From Phoronis australis (lineage: Eukaryota > Animalia > Phoronida): a stretch of 64,000 nt of DNA. The stretch's first letter is position 1. The number at the start of each line of letters is the position of its first letter. Under the pieces are notes generated by a model. It searched no databases. It was not told the DNA's origin and saw only the letters and a program-made list of their open reading frames with translations. Positions 25,495 to 38,812 of the stretch are shown in pieces. Both the position numbers and the translations under genes were made by a program. Where the stretch lies: positions 216,534 through 280,533 of the forward strand of contig NMRA01000173.1 of the NCBI GenBank assembly GCA_002633005.1, in the 5' to 3' direction.

Positions 25495-26184
25495 CTGCAA
25501 TGAAAAAGATGGAGAGGGTATCAATACCTGAGGACTAATATGAGGTCTTGAGAACTGAATGGTTTCTCAGTTTTTTACATCCAGTCTATATCAGCTGCGT
25601 CAAGGCAGCTAAAGGGCAGCAAATATCAACAACAGCTGAAAACAGCAGATGGGTATTTCATCACACCCTGCAACACACTTACTGCCAGTGATCAATTGAT
25701 ATGGCAAAAAGCTTAAAATGTTCATAACAAAAGTATAAACAATTGCACCTAACAAAACGTTTCTCAGCAAATGTTTTAAAAACCAAATCTAATTGTCATA
25801 ATGAGCATTCTTTCCTCAGAAATAAATCACAAGTGGACAATATTGAACACTATTCATATCGTAACGAGGTAAAGGTCGAGTAAATGGCTCCCTCTAGAAA
25901 ATGGCTGCCAGGAACCAATGTGTAGAGGCAATGTTATTCAGTGAAAACTGGTTGTTCCAAGTAGCCATTTTGAAGAAGAACTAGTTTACTGACATGTAGC
26001 TCATAACAATCTCTTCACAGGCAAAGCACTTCATTAGTCATTGGTATAACCAGCAGGAGTACTACTGATCACCATGACAACAGCCACCATTGTGACACTG
26101 GCTCTTATATTGTACAAATCAAGTACAAGTTCATATCAAAGAACAAACACAGCCCAGTTAATGAACACTGCAAAGTTAATAATT

Positions 26185-26587
26185 AGTCCCGTTAAGACAT
26201 CAACTTTTGGCCCGGCGCAACTCACACGGAGCAAACTGACCCGTGTCAAGCGGCCGTATACACACACAACTCAATAACCGGGGCAAGACGGAAATTAAAG
26301 GCTGGAGAGACTGGATCGCACATGCGCAGGTTTACAAATGACGAGAGTTGCAGAGACAAAGAACCCGTAAGTAGGTCATTGCACAAGTGCTGTAGAGATG
26401 ATCCTTTCCGCCTTGCTCCAGTTTCGCATTTAGACTTATAATTGACACTCTACCTCACAAATGTGTGCCAAAAATTTGTCACCCCGGTGTCAATTTGCTC
26501 GTGTCAGTCCGTTTACACGTTTACACACTGGAACAACTTGTTCCGTGTCAGCTGATCCGTGTCAACTTTGTAAGTGTAAACGGCACT
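26185..26587. mobile_element. Possible Harbinger-like MITE
   Basis: Imperfect TIRs AGTCCCGTTAAGACA / TGTAAACGGCACT, ATT on both flanks, CpG-richer interior. Confidence 0.5.
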
Positions 26588-28049
26588 ATTGACTCTAATC
26601 CTGTCAAAGACGACATCAAACGCTTGTAACACTCATAAACATTGTGAAACCTGACTACCGTCACAGATAAAAATCCTCGTTGCTAGCTAAGTGACACAGG
26701 TAAGAAATCCTGAACAATCAATCTTTTAGAATGGTTGCATGCTACTTATTTCCTTATTACCCTACTGAGTTGCATTTAATAAAATAAAAACATACTTGAA
26801 CTGATGCATGTGACAACTTTTGTTGCCCTTGACCTCTGATAAGGGCAGTTTGAACCTAAGTGGGTAAATTGCAGCACTTTGCTTTTAACTACGGTTACCG
26901 TAAACATTACAGCAATATCTACTTCTGTTCACTCCTTATGTGAAAAATAAGATAAAATAAATGCTATTTGAGTTTTTGAAGATCTATACCATAGCAACCA
27001 TTTGACAATGATTCTGCAAAATTGTGAGCATTCACAAAAATGTTAGGAGGCATAAAAATGAAAAAACACACAAGTTGGAACATTGTTAACATCAATCCCT
27101 CCTATAAGAGAGCCGCTCCCCCTGGACCCAACGAAAGTTGTCCTTCCTTTGATTTTTAACACTTAATTTTGCATTTTTAAATATTTACAAGACCATCCCA
27201 TGTGGAGTAAAGCTAACTACAAAATCTTAAATGTGCTTACCTCGAGCAACTGCCATGCACTGACCAAGGTCTACTTATGAATACAGTACTTTAACACTGA
27301 CTCAGAGATAAAGTTACTCAAGACTTATGGAGGATGACATTTCACTAAATTCAAAACAGACCGCCAAAGTCAATTTATGAGTTCAGTTAAAACAGGAAGG
27401 ACATAATTAAGAATCCTGACCACTGACAGATTTGTTGTCCAGACATCTACTACAATCACTGTTAAGACTAATTGCATTAGTCTGTATCACAGGATTTCTA
27501 ATAAAAGTATGGAAACTAATTACCCTAGTCTAAGTGGAATTTCATTTTTGGCCAATTTTTCGAAAAAACAACGTATTTATCAGAAGAGATGCTGTACATA
27601 AAACTGTGGTCAAATCTCGCTATTTTGGGCAACTTTAATAACAAAAATTGATCTTTTTCATTTAAAAAGGCACGTAACATTGTTGTGAATGCCTAACATT
27701 GTCTGTGGTAGTGATGGTACACAACTTGAACATGTAATATTGATTTGGTGCTACATAACTTTGAAGAAAAAAATTTGAAAACAAATAAATTTTTGCCATA
27801 ATATGCCCTAACTTAATTACTTATAATTTTAACCTACTTACAGACCAAGGCCAGGTTAGCTATATCCACAAGTGATTTTTGTCAGCAGCTGTGTCCACAC
27901 CCTTGAATGATCACACAACACACTCTACACAATGGCACAAATAATGACACAAAATAATTGGATGCCCCTATGTGTGCAATAGAATCAAGCCCACAGCTGG
28001 AAATTACTAGTTATGCCTTGTCTGTAGATTTGTGTCAACACTAATACTG

Positions 28050-28305
28050 GGGCCGGTTATATCAGAACTAGTTATACTAGAACAAGTTATACTAGAACAA
28101 GTTATACTAGAACAAGTTATACTAGAACAAGTTATACTAGAACAAGTTATACTAGAACAAGTTATACTAGAACAAGTTATACTGGAACAAGTTATACTAG
28201 AACAAATTATACTAGGACAAGTTATACTAGAACAAGTTATACTAGAACAAGTTATACTGGAACAAGTTATACTAGAACAAATTATACTAGGACAACTTAT
28301 ACTAG
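28050..28305. repeat. 15-bp minisatellite, ~17 copies
   Basis: Unit GTTATACTAGAACAA. Confidence 0.95.
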
Positions 28306-28595
28306 TTAACTTACATCAATAAGGCAGCAAACTATAACTTGTCACAAAAGTATCAAATAGCCTCAGGGCACATACACTTCAAACAACTATGAAAACAAGT
28401 GACATTTCAAAAAGAAGTAACTTGTTCTTAGTACAATTCATAGTGTGGACAGCACTAGTAGGCAGCCAATGAACTACTGAACTAAGCCATGATAGTTCAG
28501 ACAGTCAAAAATCCTACAGAATGACTTCAGGCCATGCATCCAACAGCAAAACTAGAATATAAGAATCACCACCACCATTAAGTCAAAAAGAGTCC

Positions 28596-29000
28596 TAGAT
28601 AACAGAATGACTAGTTAGCATGGTAGTTCTCACCATACAGAGATAACAGAATGACTAGTTAGCTGTCATGGTATAGTTCTCACCATATAGAGATAACAGA
28701 ATGACTAGTTAGCATGGTAGTTCTCACCATAAAGAGAAAACAGAATGACTAGTTAGCATGGTAGTTCTCACCATATAGAGATAACAGAATGACTAGTTAG
28801 CATGGTAGTTCTCACCATACAGAGATAACAGAATGACTATTTAGCATGGTAGTTCTCACCATACAGAGATAACAGAATGACTAGTTAGCATGGTAGTTCT
28901 CACCATACAGAGATAACAGAATGACTAGTTAGCATGGTAGTTCTCACCATATAGAGATAACAGAATGACTAGTTAGCATGGTAGTTCTCACCATACAGAT
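28596..29000. repeat. 44-bp minisatellite, ~9 copies
   Basis: Unit AGATAACAGAATGACTAGTTAGCATGGTAGTTCTCACCATACAG. Confidence 0.95.
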
Positions 29001-31724
29001 AGCCAACTATTGTGTTATCACAAACAAACAGCAGAAGACAGCAAAAGTGGATCATACATAAATATTATTCTACAAGCAAACTGTGATGCCTTGTGTGCCA
29101 CTATGGTTTAGTACTCATAGTACCATACGCAGCACAGTGTGATGGTAAAATAATGAAAGTACCATACGCAGCACAGTGTGATGGTAAAATAATGCTTGAA
29201 TGTTTTACAGAAAATAAAATTGGTGATACCAAAGTCTGGGCAACAAGTGGATATGACGGGTTCAGCATTAAAACTAACTATGTAAGTGACAGGTCCTGCT
29301 TTGATACTTCGAAATTAGAATTACGGATGTCTCAAATAACCAGTGCACATTTTTTAATCTGCTGAATAGTATATCAAAACTTGATAAAAACTCACAACAA
29401 AGAAATTCCAGCTTGAAAAAAATTGTTATTGTTACAACTGGAGGTCTGTCCAACCTAGTTATTTGTCTGCAACCCATACTGACAGGGAGCCATTGAAGTT
29501 GTGTTGCAGACAAATTGCTAAGTGTGGACAGGCCTAAATTGAAGTTGAAGCTTGTTACTGGGCCATCACCAATGAGTCAACAACTGCCAGAGTGTCCTCA
29601 GCAACAAGATGTCGCTCGATGGTTCAGTTGTGCACAGGCAAATCGCTACGTGTGAACAGGCCTCCAAACTTCATATTTAATTGATCAATCACATAAAATC
29701 TCAATATTCCCCACTATAAGGAAACAGTCTCTTTGTATTTACCTACATACATGAGATAGTGACATTGAAATCATAGTGTGAAATCTGGTCATGACACTAG
29801 TAACCCATACAAAAACAGCCTTACAAACATGAACACTAGAGCATACAATGCATATATCCATATTTGATGGAGCATAAAAGGTTAACAGGTATAGTGTTCT
29901 TTGAAATTTCGACCATGAAATACACTTATTTAAAATAAAACGCCAGAGGCAAGAGTTCTGCACAACATATGCTGAAGAATGACCAATCCTGATGTAAAGG
30001 TGATAAGGGGACAATAAGGCTAATAACATACAGGTAATCAGATGCCAAGATAACATGTGAGGTACAGTGAGCCAACTGCTGATGGACTGATACTATCAAA
30101 TGCAGTAAAAAGTTGGTTATTACCATTTCAATGATATCACTATTTTGACCAATATACAGTTTTTTGCACCTTTGAATCCGTGACCACAATATTTTACAAG
30201 AAACAGGACATATTGCATTCTAGGCTTTGAATGAACTTTCAAATACCGTGAAAGGTGATTGGTCAATTTTTAGACAAGTCTCAAGTAAAGTTTGGTGGTA
30301 ACAGGCCCCGTCTCATTCAGTTACAGGTAGATCTCTACACCCTTCTAATAACAAGCAAGCCCACAAGCATGCTGACTCACTATTATTTTTAAGAATAAAA
30401 TTTTCGTTTTCATCTTTTTTCTTACAAATATATTTTTATCATTACATTTGCTAGGTAAGAACGATTTTTTAAGAATGAACAATGACGAAAATTCACAAGC
30501 AAAGATTGTGTTCATGAGAAAGGTTCAAGAATGAAAAAGATTTGCAAGCCTGTTATTGTCAGCCTTACACATGAAAATACAAATTAAAGCTATTTACTGT
30601 AAATGACAAGCAGTTAAGGGCTATGACCAAATGGACATTTGAATAAGTGCATGTTGCACCTGAGGCAACTTGCGCCCCCCCCCCTCCAACTTGCGCCCCC
30701 ACCCCTTCCAAATCAACCTGACAAGTTGTGTTAAGAAAGTGGAGCAGGGTGTTCCTAAATCATTTACCGTCATTCTAGTAGGTTTAGTATTAGAGCCACA
30801 CAACTATGAAATGTTCAAGGAAAGAACGGTTCACAAAATTTCCCTCACCTTTTCACTTACTTTTTATTGCGAGCTGTTACGATGAAAATGAAAGAGAAAA
30901 ACGAAGTTGACTGAGAAATTTGTAAACGGTGCCAAAAGCAGTGGTTCATCACTTGGATAAATTCAATTGCACAAGAGCGTAGCTGAAAATTACTTCTGCT
31001 TTGCCCAGTTTGCCGTCCACATGGCCACTTGACGTGGGGCAAGTTGATCGCATACAAGCTGAAATACCTCAAAGCCCCGGTATCAAGCTGCACAAGCTTA
31101 ACTTTTGTCCACAAGTCACTAAACCAGCAACCAGTACAAATGCACCTCGGACAACTTGCACTACTAAAAGGAAATCTCTGACTGATGACAGAGGTCTGCA
31201 GACAAGATCACAGCTGCCTCAGCAAACCCAAACACAGGCAGAGCAGAAAGTTATGATTAGTAATAAAATAACTACCCCATTCAAGGCTCCAGTTGTGATG
31301 ATAGTCCACCACATAAACTGAGCAAGAATAACATAAACACAGCTCAGATGAGATGACAGATGAGAAGACAGATGAGATGATGGTCCTTGTAGAACAGGAT
31401 ATATGTGGCAGATGAGCTTTACAGCATTCTTTAGGAGGTGGAAACAATTCTTTAGCCACACCTCTAAATTCCAGCTATGATCCTAAACTAGCAAACACCA
31501 GACCAGTCGCAGAAGCTCACCCCCATTTTTTCCGCACTCATTAAAAATGCTCCATACTTGGTGACCTAAGTCCACGCCCAGGGACCTAACTCCAACCCTG
31601 GTGATTAATCCAGGTGAGGTCCTGGAATAGGAATTTGGTCCCCATGAATGGAGTTTAATCTCAGGAATGGAACATCTTAGACATGTGTGGCAGATGGGCA
31701 TGAGTAGGGAATTGAACATAGGGA

Positions 31725-31860
31725 TTGGTGTCAGCTAGCTAGTCCAGGACTGGGATTTGTTTGATGTCAGCTAGCTAGTCCAGGACTGGGATTTGTTTGG
31801 TGTTAGCTAGCTACTCCAGGACTGGGATTTGTTTGGTGTTAGCTAGCTAGTCCAGGACTG
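31725..31860. repeat. 36-bp minisatellite, ~4 copies
   Basis: Unit AGCTAGCTAGTCCAGGACTGGGATTTGTTTGGTGTY. Confidence 0.92.
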
Positions 31861-32827
31861 AACTTTAGGGGATCATAACTGTAAGTGTTTCCATCCCCTG
31901 ATGTTGGTAGCCTCATGCCAGAGTCTCATGTAAGTCATTATCTATGGGACTAAACACAGACCTTACCAAGCATATAAACAGTTCCCATCAGAGATGGGAA
32001 TTTTAAGTTTGTGCAAGGTGAAAGGGTATGGTCATATCCTTCATACCTCTATAAACAATAAATTGTGATTCTTCTGGTCAAGTAATGTTAAGTTCACCTT
32101 GGAACAGGATCAAAAAGGTCAGAAAAGGACAACAGAGCTGTTTAACTTATCATTTTGGTAGTAGTGATGGTTTGGGGTGTCAATAGAACGACCATATCCA
32201 AAAGAGAAAAAATAGTTGTAAACAGGAGACATTCCATATATAACTCTTTAGTGTCACGGGAACACACATGTATCCTTCGCTCAGATCCAATTTCAAATTC
32301 TCACGTACAAGACGTGTCGAGCTGATAGCGATGAAATGCAATTTCTTTCATTCACGGACTGTTTCAAACTGAACATGTTTGTGTGGACCGATAATCTTAT
32401 ACCTTTTTGATGTAGCAGCAACATGATGAATACACCTTGTGGCAAGATAGAGATAGGGTATTTGGTGGATAGCGTTCTGCATTCTCACAGGCATTTAAAG
32501 CAGTGGGATATTTCTTATCTTTCATAAATTCATAGTGACCTGATTATGTTGTCAAATTGCTGCTGCTATGCAGAGGGATGTTCAAAGAATTACACAAACA
32601 TGTTGAAACAAACTTTTTGTGATGAAAAGAAACTGTATTTCTTCCTTGCCAACACAGTGTTAGCCTGTCTTGCACAACAGAATTTGAAATTTGGTTGCAA
32701 ATGACAGAAACCTAAGAGACATTCCATCAACGTGGTGCATGTAGAATGTTCTTATTTGGCAGCCTGGCGGTCACAAAAAATTATAAAAAAACTTTGAAAT
32801 AACACACTGGTTATACAGGAAAGCTGA

Positions 32828-33098
32828 ACAAACTACTGTATCTCTATTACAAACTACTGTACCTCTATAACAAACTACTGTACCTCTATAACAAACTACT
32901 GTATCTCTATTACAAACTACTGTACCTCTATAACAAACTACTGTATCTCTATAACAAAGTACTGTATCTCTATAACAAAGTACTGTATCTCTATTACAAA
33001 CTACTGTATCTCTATAACAAACTACTGTATCTCTATTACAAACTACTGTATCTCTATAACAAACAACTGTACCTCTATAACAAACTACTATTTCTCTA
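32828..33098. repeat. 21-bp minisatellite, ~13 copies
   Basis: Unit ACAAACTACTGTAYCTCTATW. Confidence 0.95.
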
Positions 33099-36000
33099 TC
33101 ATTCAAAAATTATCTCATCAATGCTACATCAGCTTCTATTCACCACATCTATCAAAACTGTAAATAAATACATGGATTTGCTTTCCTAATATTTATAATT
33201 GTGAGTTCAGATGTCGTTACCAACTTTTCAGCCAGGTGCTACTAAGTTGTTTGGATATCAGAAAGCTCTCAAAGATAAATTCCGGCTGTTTGGGTTCCTC
33301 TCCAACAGTTAACATTTCCTTTACCTAAATATACCAAATGCCAGTCTCTAAAACTGTACACAAAGACGGTTAGACCGTTTAAAACCAAGCATCTTAAATT
33401 TGTAGACAGGTACAGTCTATTTCATTTAAAAAAGAATTGTTTAATTACAGTTTCAAAAAAGAATGAGGGAAACACTTATGAAAAAACTCTTTTCTGTCTG
33501 TCAGCAAGGTCTTCTTGTAGATGTAATGTTGTTCAGCTGAACGGTCCTTTCACTTGACCTCAGTCAACATGCTGAGCAATCTGTGAAGATGATCTCACTC
33601 TAAAGACTAAAATACTAATAGATAACTTTAAGTATTTTAATTTTGACTTCATCTCATAAGTTTTCAGTACCATGTAAAGTACTTTTGACCCAAACTTAAT
33701 AATTATATTACAGTTACACAGAAAATGCTCTCAGTCACATAATTACAATCTGGTCACCTTTGGGCAATTACTAGAAATGAATGTGTCCTATGGCCCTGTT
33801 ATACTCATGAAACTGTGGTATGAGCAGAGTATCGATGTATACTGCGAAGGTCATTGAATCATTCATACCAGCTTTGGTAGTAAAAAGTTGAGAAAGATCA
33901 CTCACATAAACTGGGTGTAAGGAGTAAGGTAGGCATGGCCGGTGTTCAAAAGTGAGAAATTGGAAATTTTGTATAATGAATGGCAAATACGAGCATTTAG
34001 CCAGACAAGTACGGTATCTAAGTGAGGGTCACAGTAATTCAACAAAAACAACAATGGAACATGCAAACTATAATCTATCAAATCTCAACATTAAAACTGG
34101 TGAACATAGGCTATTTGGACTTACAAGGAAAATGAATGATTTGCCCCAAAACTGTTTGGCTCAGAAAGTTCACCATTTATGCTGCGATCTCTATCATTGC
34201 CTAATACAAGTCCCCAGGCAATAAGCTTGAGTTACCTAAAACATTACCACTTGGACTGAAAGTTACATACTGTATTCACTTTGAAAAAACATTTAACAGA
34301 ATTGTTGATTAAGTGAAAATGTATTCAGTTAAACACAGAATGACTGGGTCAAGTTAAAACCCTTATACTGGTTTATACAGAACAATTACTTTGTTCTGCT
34401 GAACAAGACCTGGTGTCTAAATACCAGTAACTATATCCTGGGTTTACCTAATCATAAAATAATATGGCTATCCTCAAGCTATCAAAGGATAACACAAGTA
34501 TTCTGTTAGATTGCATAACACACATGAACAGGATGTATTCAAAGCCAGAGATAAGCAGTACACATATGGTGGAGATCACTCTACAGCCATGTCATATTTA
34601 TCAAGACTTGTGCCACATCTGGTCATTATTTAACAGTAATTAACAATGTTATACATGGGATCAGTCTGACAAACTGTGCAACCAACATTTCACCACTTCA
34701 GCTTGCAGTAATCCTTGTTGTTTTCATATATGATTCTATATAGTTTCAATCTTTCTGTCAAAAAACGCCATTTTTATCCATGAGGAATTTCAACAGAATA
34801 CCTCCTAATACTGAACAATTAGATGAACCAAACCACTGACATGTGGTCCAAACTGTCATCAGCTCTATTCCTTTTCCAGACTCTTGAAACCAAATCGTTG
34901 AAAATTTACAATGTACAATGTTATTTTTTTAATAAATTGCAGAAAAAGTTGGGTGAAATATTCTGCCAAACATGCCATAAGAAAATTACTTTCGAAACTA
35001 CATTTTATACTGTATTTCATTTCACTTTTTGTCAACTATACCCACTTCCTGAGAAATTTTCTTGGTTACACTTCATTTTAAATTGAATGCCCTTACACTT
35101 TTCAAATTTTTAGACCCTATCATTTACAATGCATGACTACCTGACAATGAACTTGGGTCAGGAATAAAGGATTTAAATAAAGACAACAAAGAAATGAAAT
35201 CACTATGAAGAGTGGCACTTGGCGAAAGAAATTAAAAATGGCCAAATAACTCGAGAACGTTAAGAACTAGAGAAAAACAAATAAGACACTAGCGATAGAC
35301 CTTGCAATGATCTATACACAGAAAAAAATCGGAAAAATAAAAAAAACGAAGAACTATGGTTCCGAAAATGAAAAGATAAAATTGCCACCACAGTGCCACC
35401 TTGTACCAACTTTCAACAATAAACAATAGACATGTCATTCACACGACACGTTGTGCGTAAATTTCACATTTCACATTTCATAAGAATTGCAATCCATAGC
35501 AAGAAACAAACAAAAGAAAAACAAATTTTGTGACAAAGCACCATACTTGAAAACACCAAGTAATAAACACTGAATCAGCCAATGGTTGAAAGAGCCAAAA
35601 CATTGGAATGTAACACCTTGTACTTAGAAGATAACAATTTCTTGAGAACCAAAATCAGGTAATGACTAAAAGTGCAATAAACGAACTGATGAATGAATTT
35701 ATACACCACATACAGCACTGAGTTTTTATTTAGAATATATTTTATAACTATTTTAAAACTGGAACTTTAAGTTGCTTTCCCATTAGAAGCGAAACTTCGC
35801 TTTTACAAAAGTTTCGATAAGTGGGAAAGGTTAACTTCAGTAGTCAATCTGGAAGTGAAACTTCGCTTAAAATAGTAGAATTTAAAACTGAAGCTTCGGT
35901 AATCACCCAGTCTACAGTTTGTACTGCTTTGTCATGAGCTATTTCAAATGAATAGTATCAGTACATACACAGCAGTTCTTACCTGCAACAAAAATTCTGT

Positions 36001-36254
36001 TCCCAATTTCAAATGGGGATCAGAAAACAGACTTAAGTACTGTGGAATTCTAATACCCTGTAATAATCAATCCCAGACAAATGTTTGGAAGTTGACTACT
36101 TAAGTCTTACAAAACAAGAATGCAGTTTATCTAAAATGACTCAAACTTCAAGAAGAAACTTCCATTTCCTCTATAACATATAACTGTTGGAATATTAAAA
36201 CCATTGACTTTAGACATTTTAATCCTCAAGTTGTGGAAACTTTAAGTGGATCTT

Positions 36255-36520
36255 CCAATATTCACAAGATAGAAGGAGTCGAGGACCAGGACTAAACAGG
36301 CACCCTGACAACCAATATTCACAAGATAGAAGGAGTCGAGGACCAGGACTAAACAGGCACCCTGACAACCAATATTCACAAGATAGAAGGAGTCGAGGAC
36401 CAGGACTAAACAGGCACCCTGACAACCAATATTCACAAGACAGAAGGAGTCAAAGAGCAGGACTAAACAGGCCTAATAACAACCAATATTCACAAGACAG
36501 AGTCGAGGACCAGGACTAAC
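36255..36520. repeat. 54-bp minisatellite, ~5 copies
   Basis: Unit CCAATATTCACAAGATAGAAGGAGTCGAGGACCAGGACTAAACAGGCACCCTGACAA-like. Confidence 0.9.
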
Positions 36521-36886
36521 CCCCCCCCCTTCTGCCTACAGTTTTGTAGATCAGGACACTAAATTCCACACAAACACAAAAGCAAACATTATTGCAATAA
36601 TAGTCTCTAAAGACATTTAATAGATTGTTTCTCTCAGTTAGGCTCTTAAAGTCATATAAAATGTGGACATGAAGCTGTATGTTCAGTGTTGTTTATCCAA
36701 AACATCTGGAACATGAAATTTTTCTCATAGGCACATTTTTAAAGATAACAAAAACAATGATAGATGACAAATGTTTCATTACTCCAGAGTCATTGCACAG
36801 CCATTACATCCTTTTATTGTAATTTTTCAGAAATAATGTCAAAGTCACCATAGTTGAGGAAGTATCACTTTGTTGATTGGTGATAT

Positions 36887-37094
36887 AACTTTTGTTAGTT
36901 GAGTGGAGCCTTACAACTTTGTTAGTTGAGTGGAACCTTACAACTTTGTTAGTTGAGTGGAGCCTTACAACTTTGTTAGTTGAGTGGAACCTTACAACTT
37001 TGTTAGTTGAGTGGAGCCTTACAACTTTGTTAGTTGAGTGGAGCCTTACAACTTTGTTAGTTGAGTGGAGCCTTACAACTTTGTTAGTTGAGTG
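36887..37094. repeat. 27-bp minisatellite, ~7.5 copies
   Basis: Unit AACTTTGTTAGTTGAGTGGARCCTTAC. Confidence 0.95.
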
Positions 37095-38710
37095 AAGCCC
37101 GATTAATATTGTAATTATACCCTCATTTTCCAAGTAAAATAACAATAATAAGTATTATAGGCCTATTCCATTAAGTGGGGCTCCCACTTAGCAGTGATCG
37201 TAATCTCTCTTATAAGCTGCTCATGCGAAGTGGAAAGTCTACCTGTTATAGAGCTAAACAAGAAATTTTTACTTTAGCCCAAGTTCCCATGAGGCAGTAG
37301 GTATGAAGATGATTAGTTGGTTTTTAGATTAAAAAGCAAAGGTACATATGCTAATAAGCAAATGAGAATCACTTTTACTGATTTTTCATGACAATATCCG
37401 AGAATATGACAATAATTCATGGCATTATGTGATTTATTTCACATGGGTTTAATAAGAAATGATTTGTTTTTTGGCATTTCATGACAATAACCAGGATATT
37501 CTATTACAACAAGAATATTGTACAGTGAACAGGGCTCCATTGTATCACTGACCTAACTGGATACATGTTTGATCATTACATTTATCTACAGTAAAAACTC
37601 TCCACCTGAGGACATTTTCTAAAATTTGAGAAACCAAAGTTCAAGCCAAAACTAATTTCCTTAATTCTGAATATTGGGACATGGAAGAATTTTGGCATTC
37701 ATCATATCTCGCAAACATGGCACATGGTGATTTCTGTTAACAAATTCTGGAAATACACTTGGCAGTTTATAATATTTTTTCGAAATTGGCCGCCTTGAAT
37801 TTGAGATGGCCAAAATCATCTTCAAAGATTGATACAAGCTCTGACTTAGAGCACAATAACTGTTCCAAGATGGAACATTATTTCCTTTCACATAATATTT
37901 TTTCACCACTGAGAACATAACCCAACTTACCTATAATCACCATGTAACACATTCTCCATTATTTAGCGTAGTAATTAACACTTCTTTAACATAAGGTAAT
38001 TACCAAACCCAGAAATATCAAAAATCACGTAGCAGTGAAATGTACTTTCCAAAAATGCCTCCCAACTTCAACCAGACCATACCAAGACAGCAAATACATT
38101 TTAGTAAACAGTTTTACAGTCAAAACTTGCACATTCCTCCTGTTGGCAAAACTAGCAAATAATGAGTCCATGGCAGTTGTCTATTAACTTGACCTGCAGC
38201 TGTCTACTGTCAGTTATGTACTTAGTCTGAAAGCACCATACCCTGTCATTTCACCAGTGTAGCTAGCTCAAAAACAGAAATTAAGGTATTTAACCACCAC
38301 AAAATCAGTTACAAAATACTCCTGACCGCTGAAATCATATTTTCAAATTCATTACCAACTCGTTTCAACACGGGCCACTTACCAATTAAAAATTTAAGGC
38401 TTGGCAAACCCCAATAAAGTCTTACAGCATTTTCTTGATGTTCTTTTTGCTACAGGAAATAGAATCCTATCACGGAAAGGAATCTACGAAACCCATGTCA
38501 TGAGAATAAAAGAATCCAGATTTTCATTTGTAGCCAGCTAAACAGGGCAAAATGTTGTTCTAAAGATACAATTTCATAACAATTAAAAAGACAATTCTTT
38601 GGACAAATCTTGAAAGTATGTCGTGAAGTGAGAAGACGACCTCCCAAAAGAGTCAGATCTCAAAAGAGTCAGATCTCAACAGAGTCAGAGAGTGGTTTGA
38701 ACTACCCAAG

Positions 38711-38812
38711 CATGCTCTATGACGCACACTCTACGACTCACAATCTACGACGCATGCTCTATGGCAAACGTTCTACGACGCATGCTCTACGGCAAACGCT
38801 CTACGACGCATG
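38711..38812. repeat. 14-bp degenerate tandem repeat
   Basis: Unit ATGCTCTACGACGC. Confidence 0.8.

Noticed and set aside
28032-28322. ORF of LEQVI pentapeptide repeats
   Set aside because: Translation of a 15-bp intronic minisatellite, antisense to TRAF4; no splice or domain support.
28596-29000. CRISPR-like regular repeats
   Set aside because: Head-to-tail units with no unique spacers, no cas genes, and a spliceosomal-intron genome.
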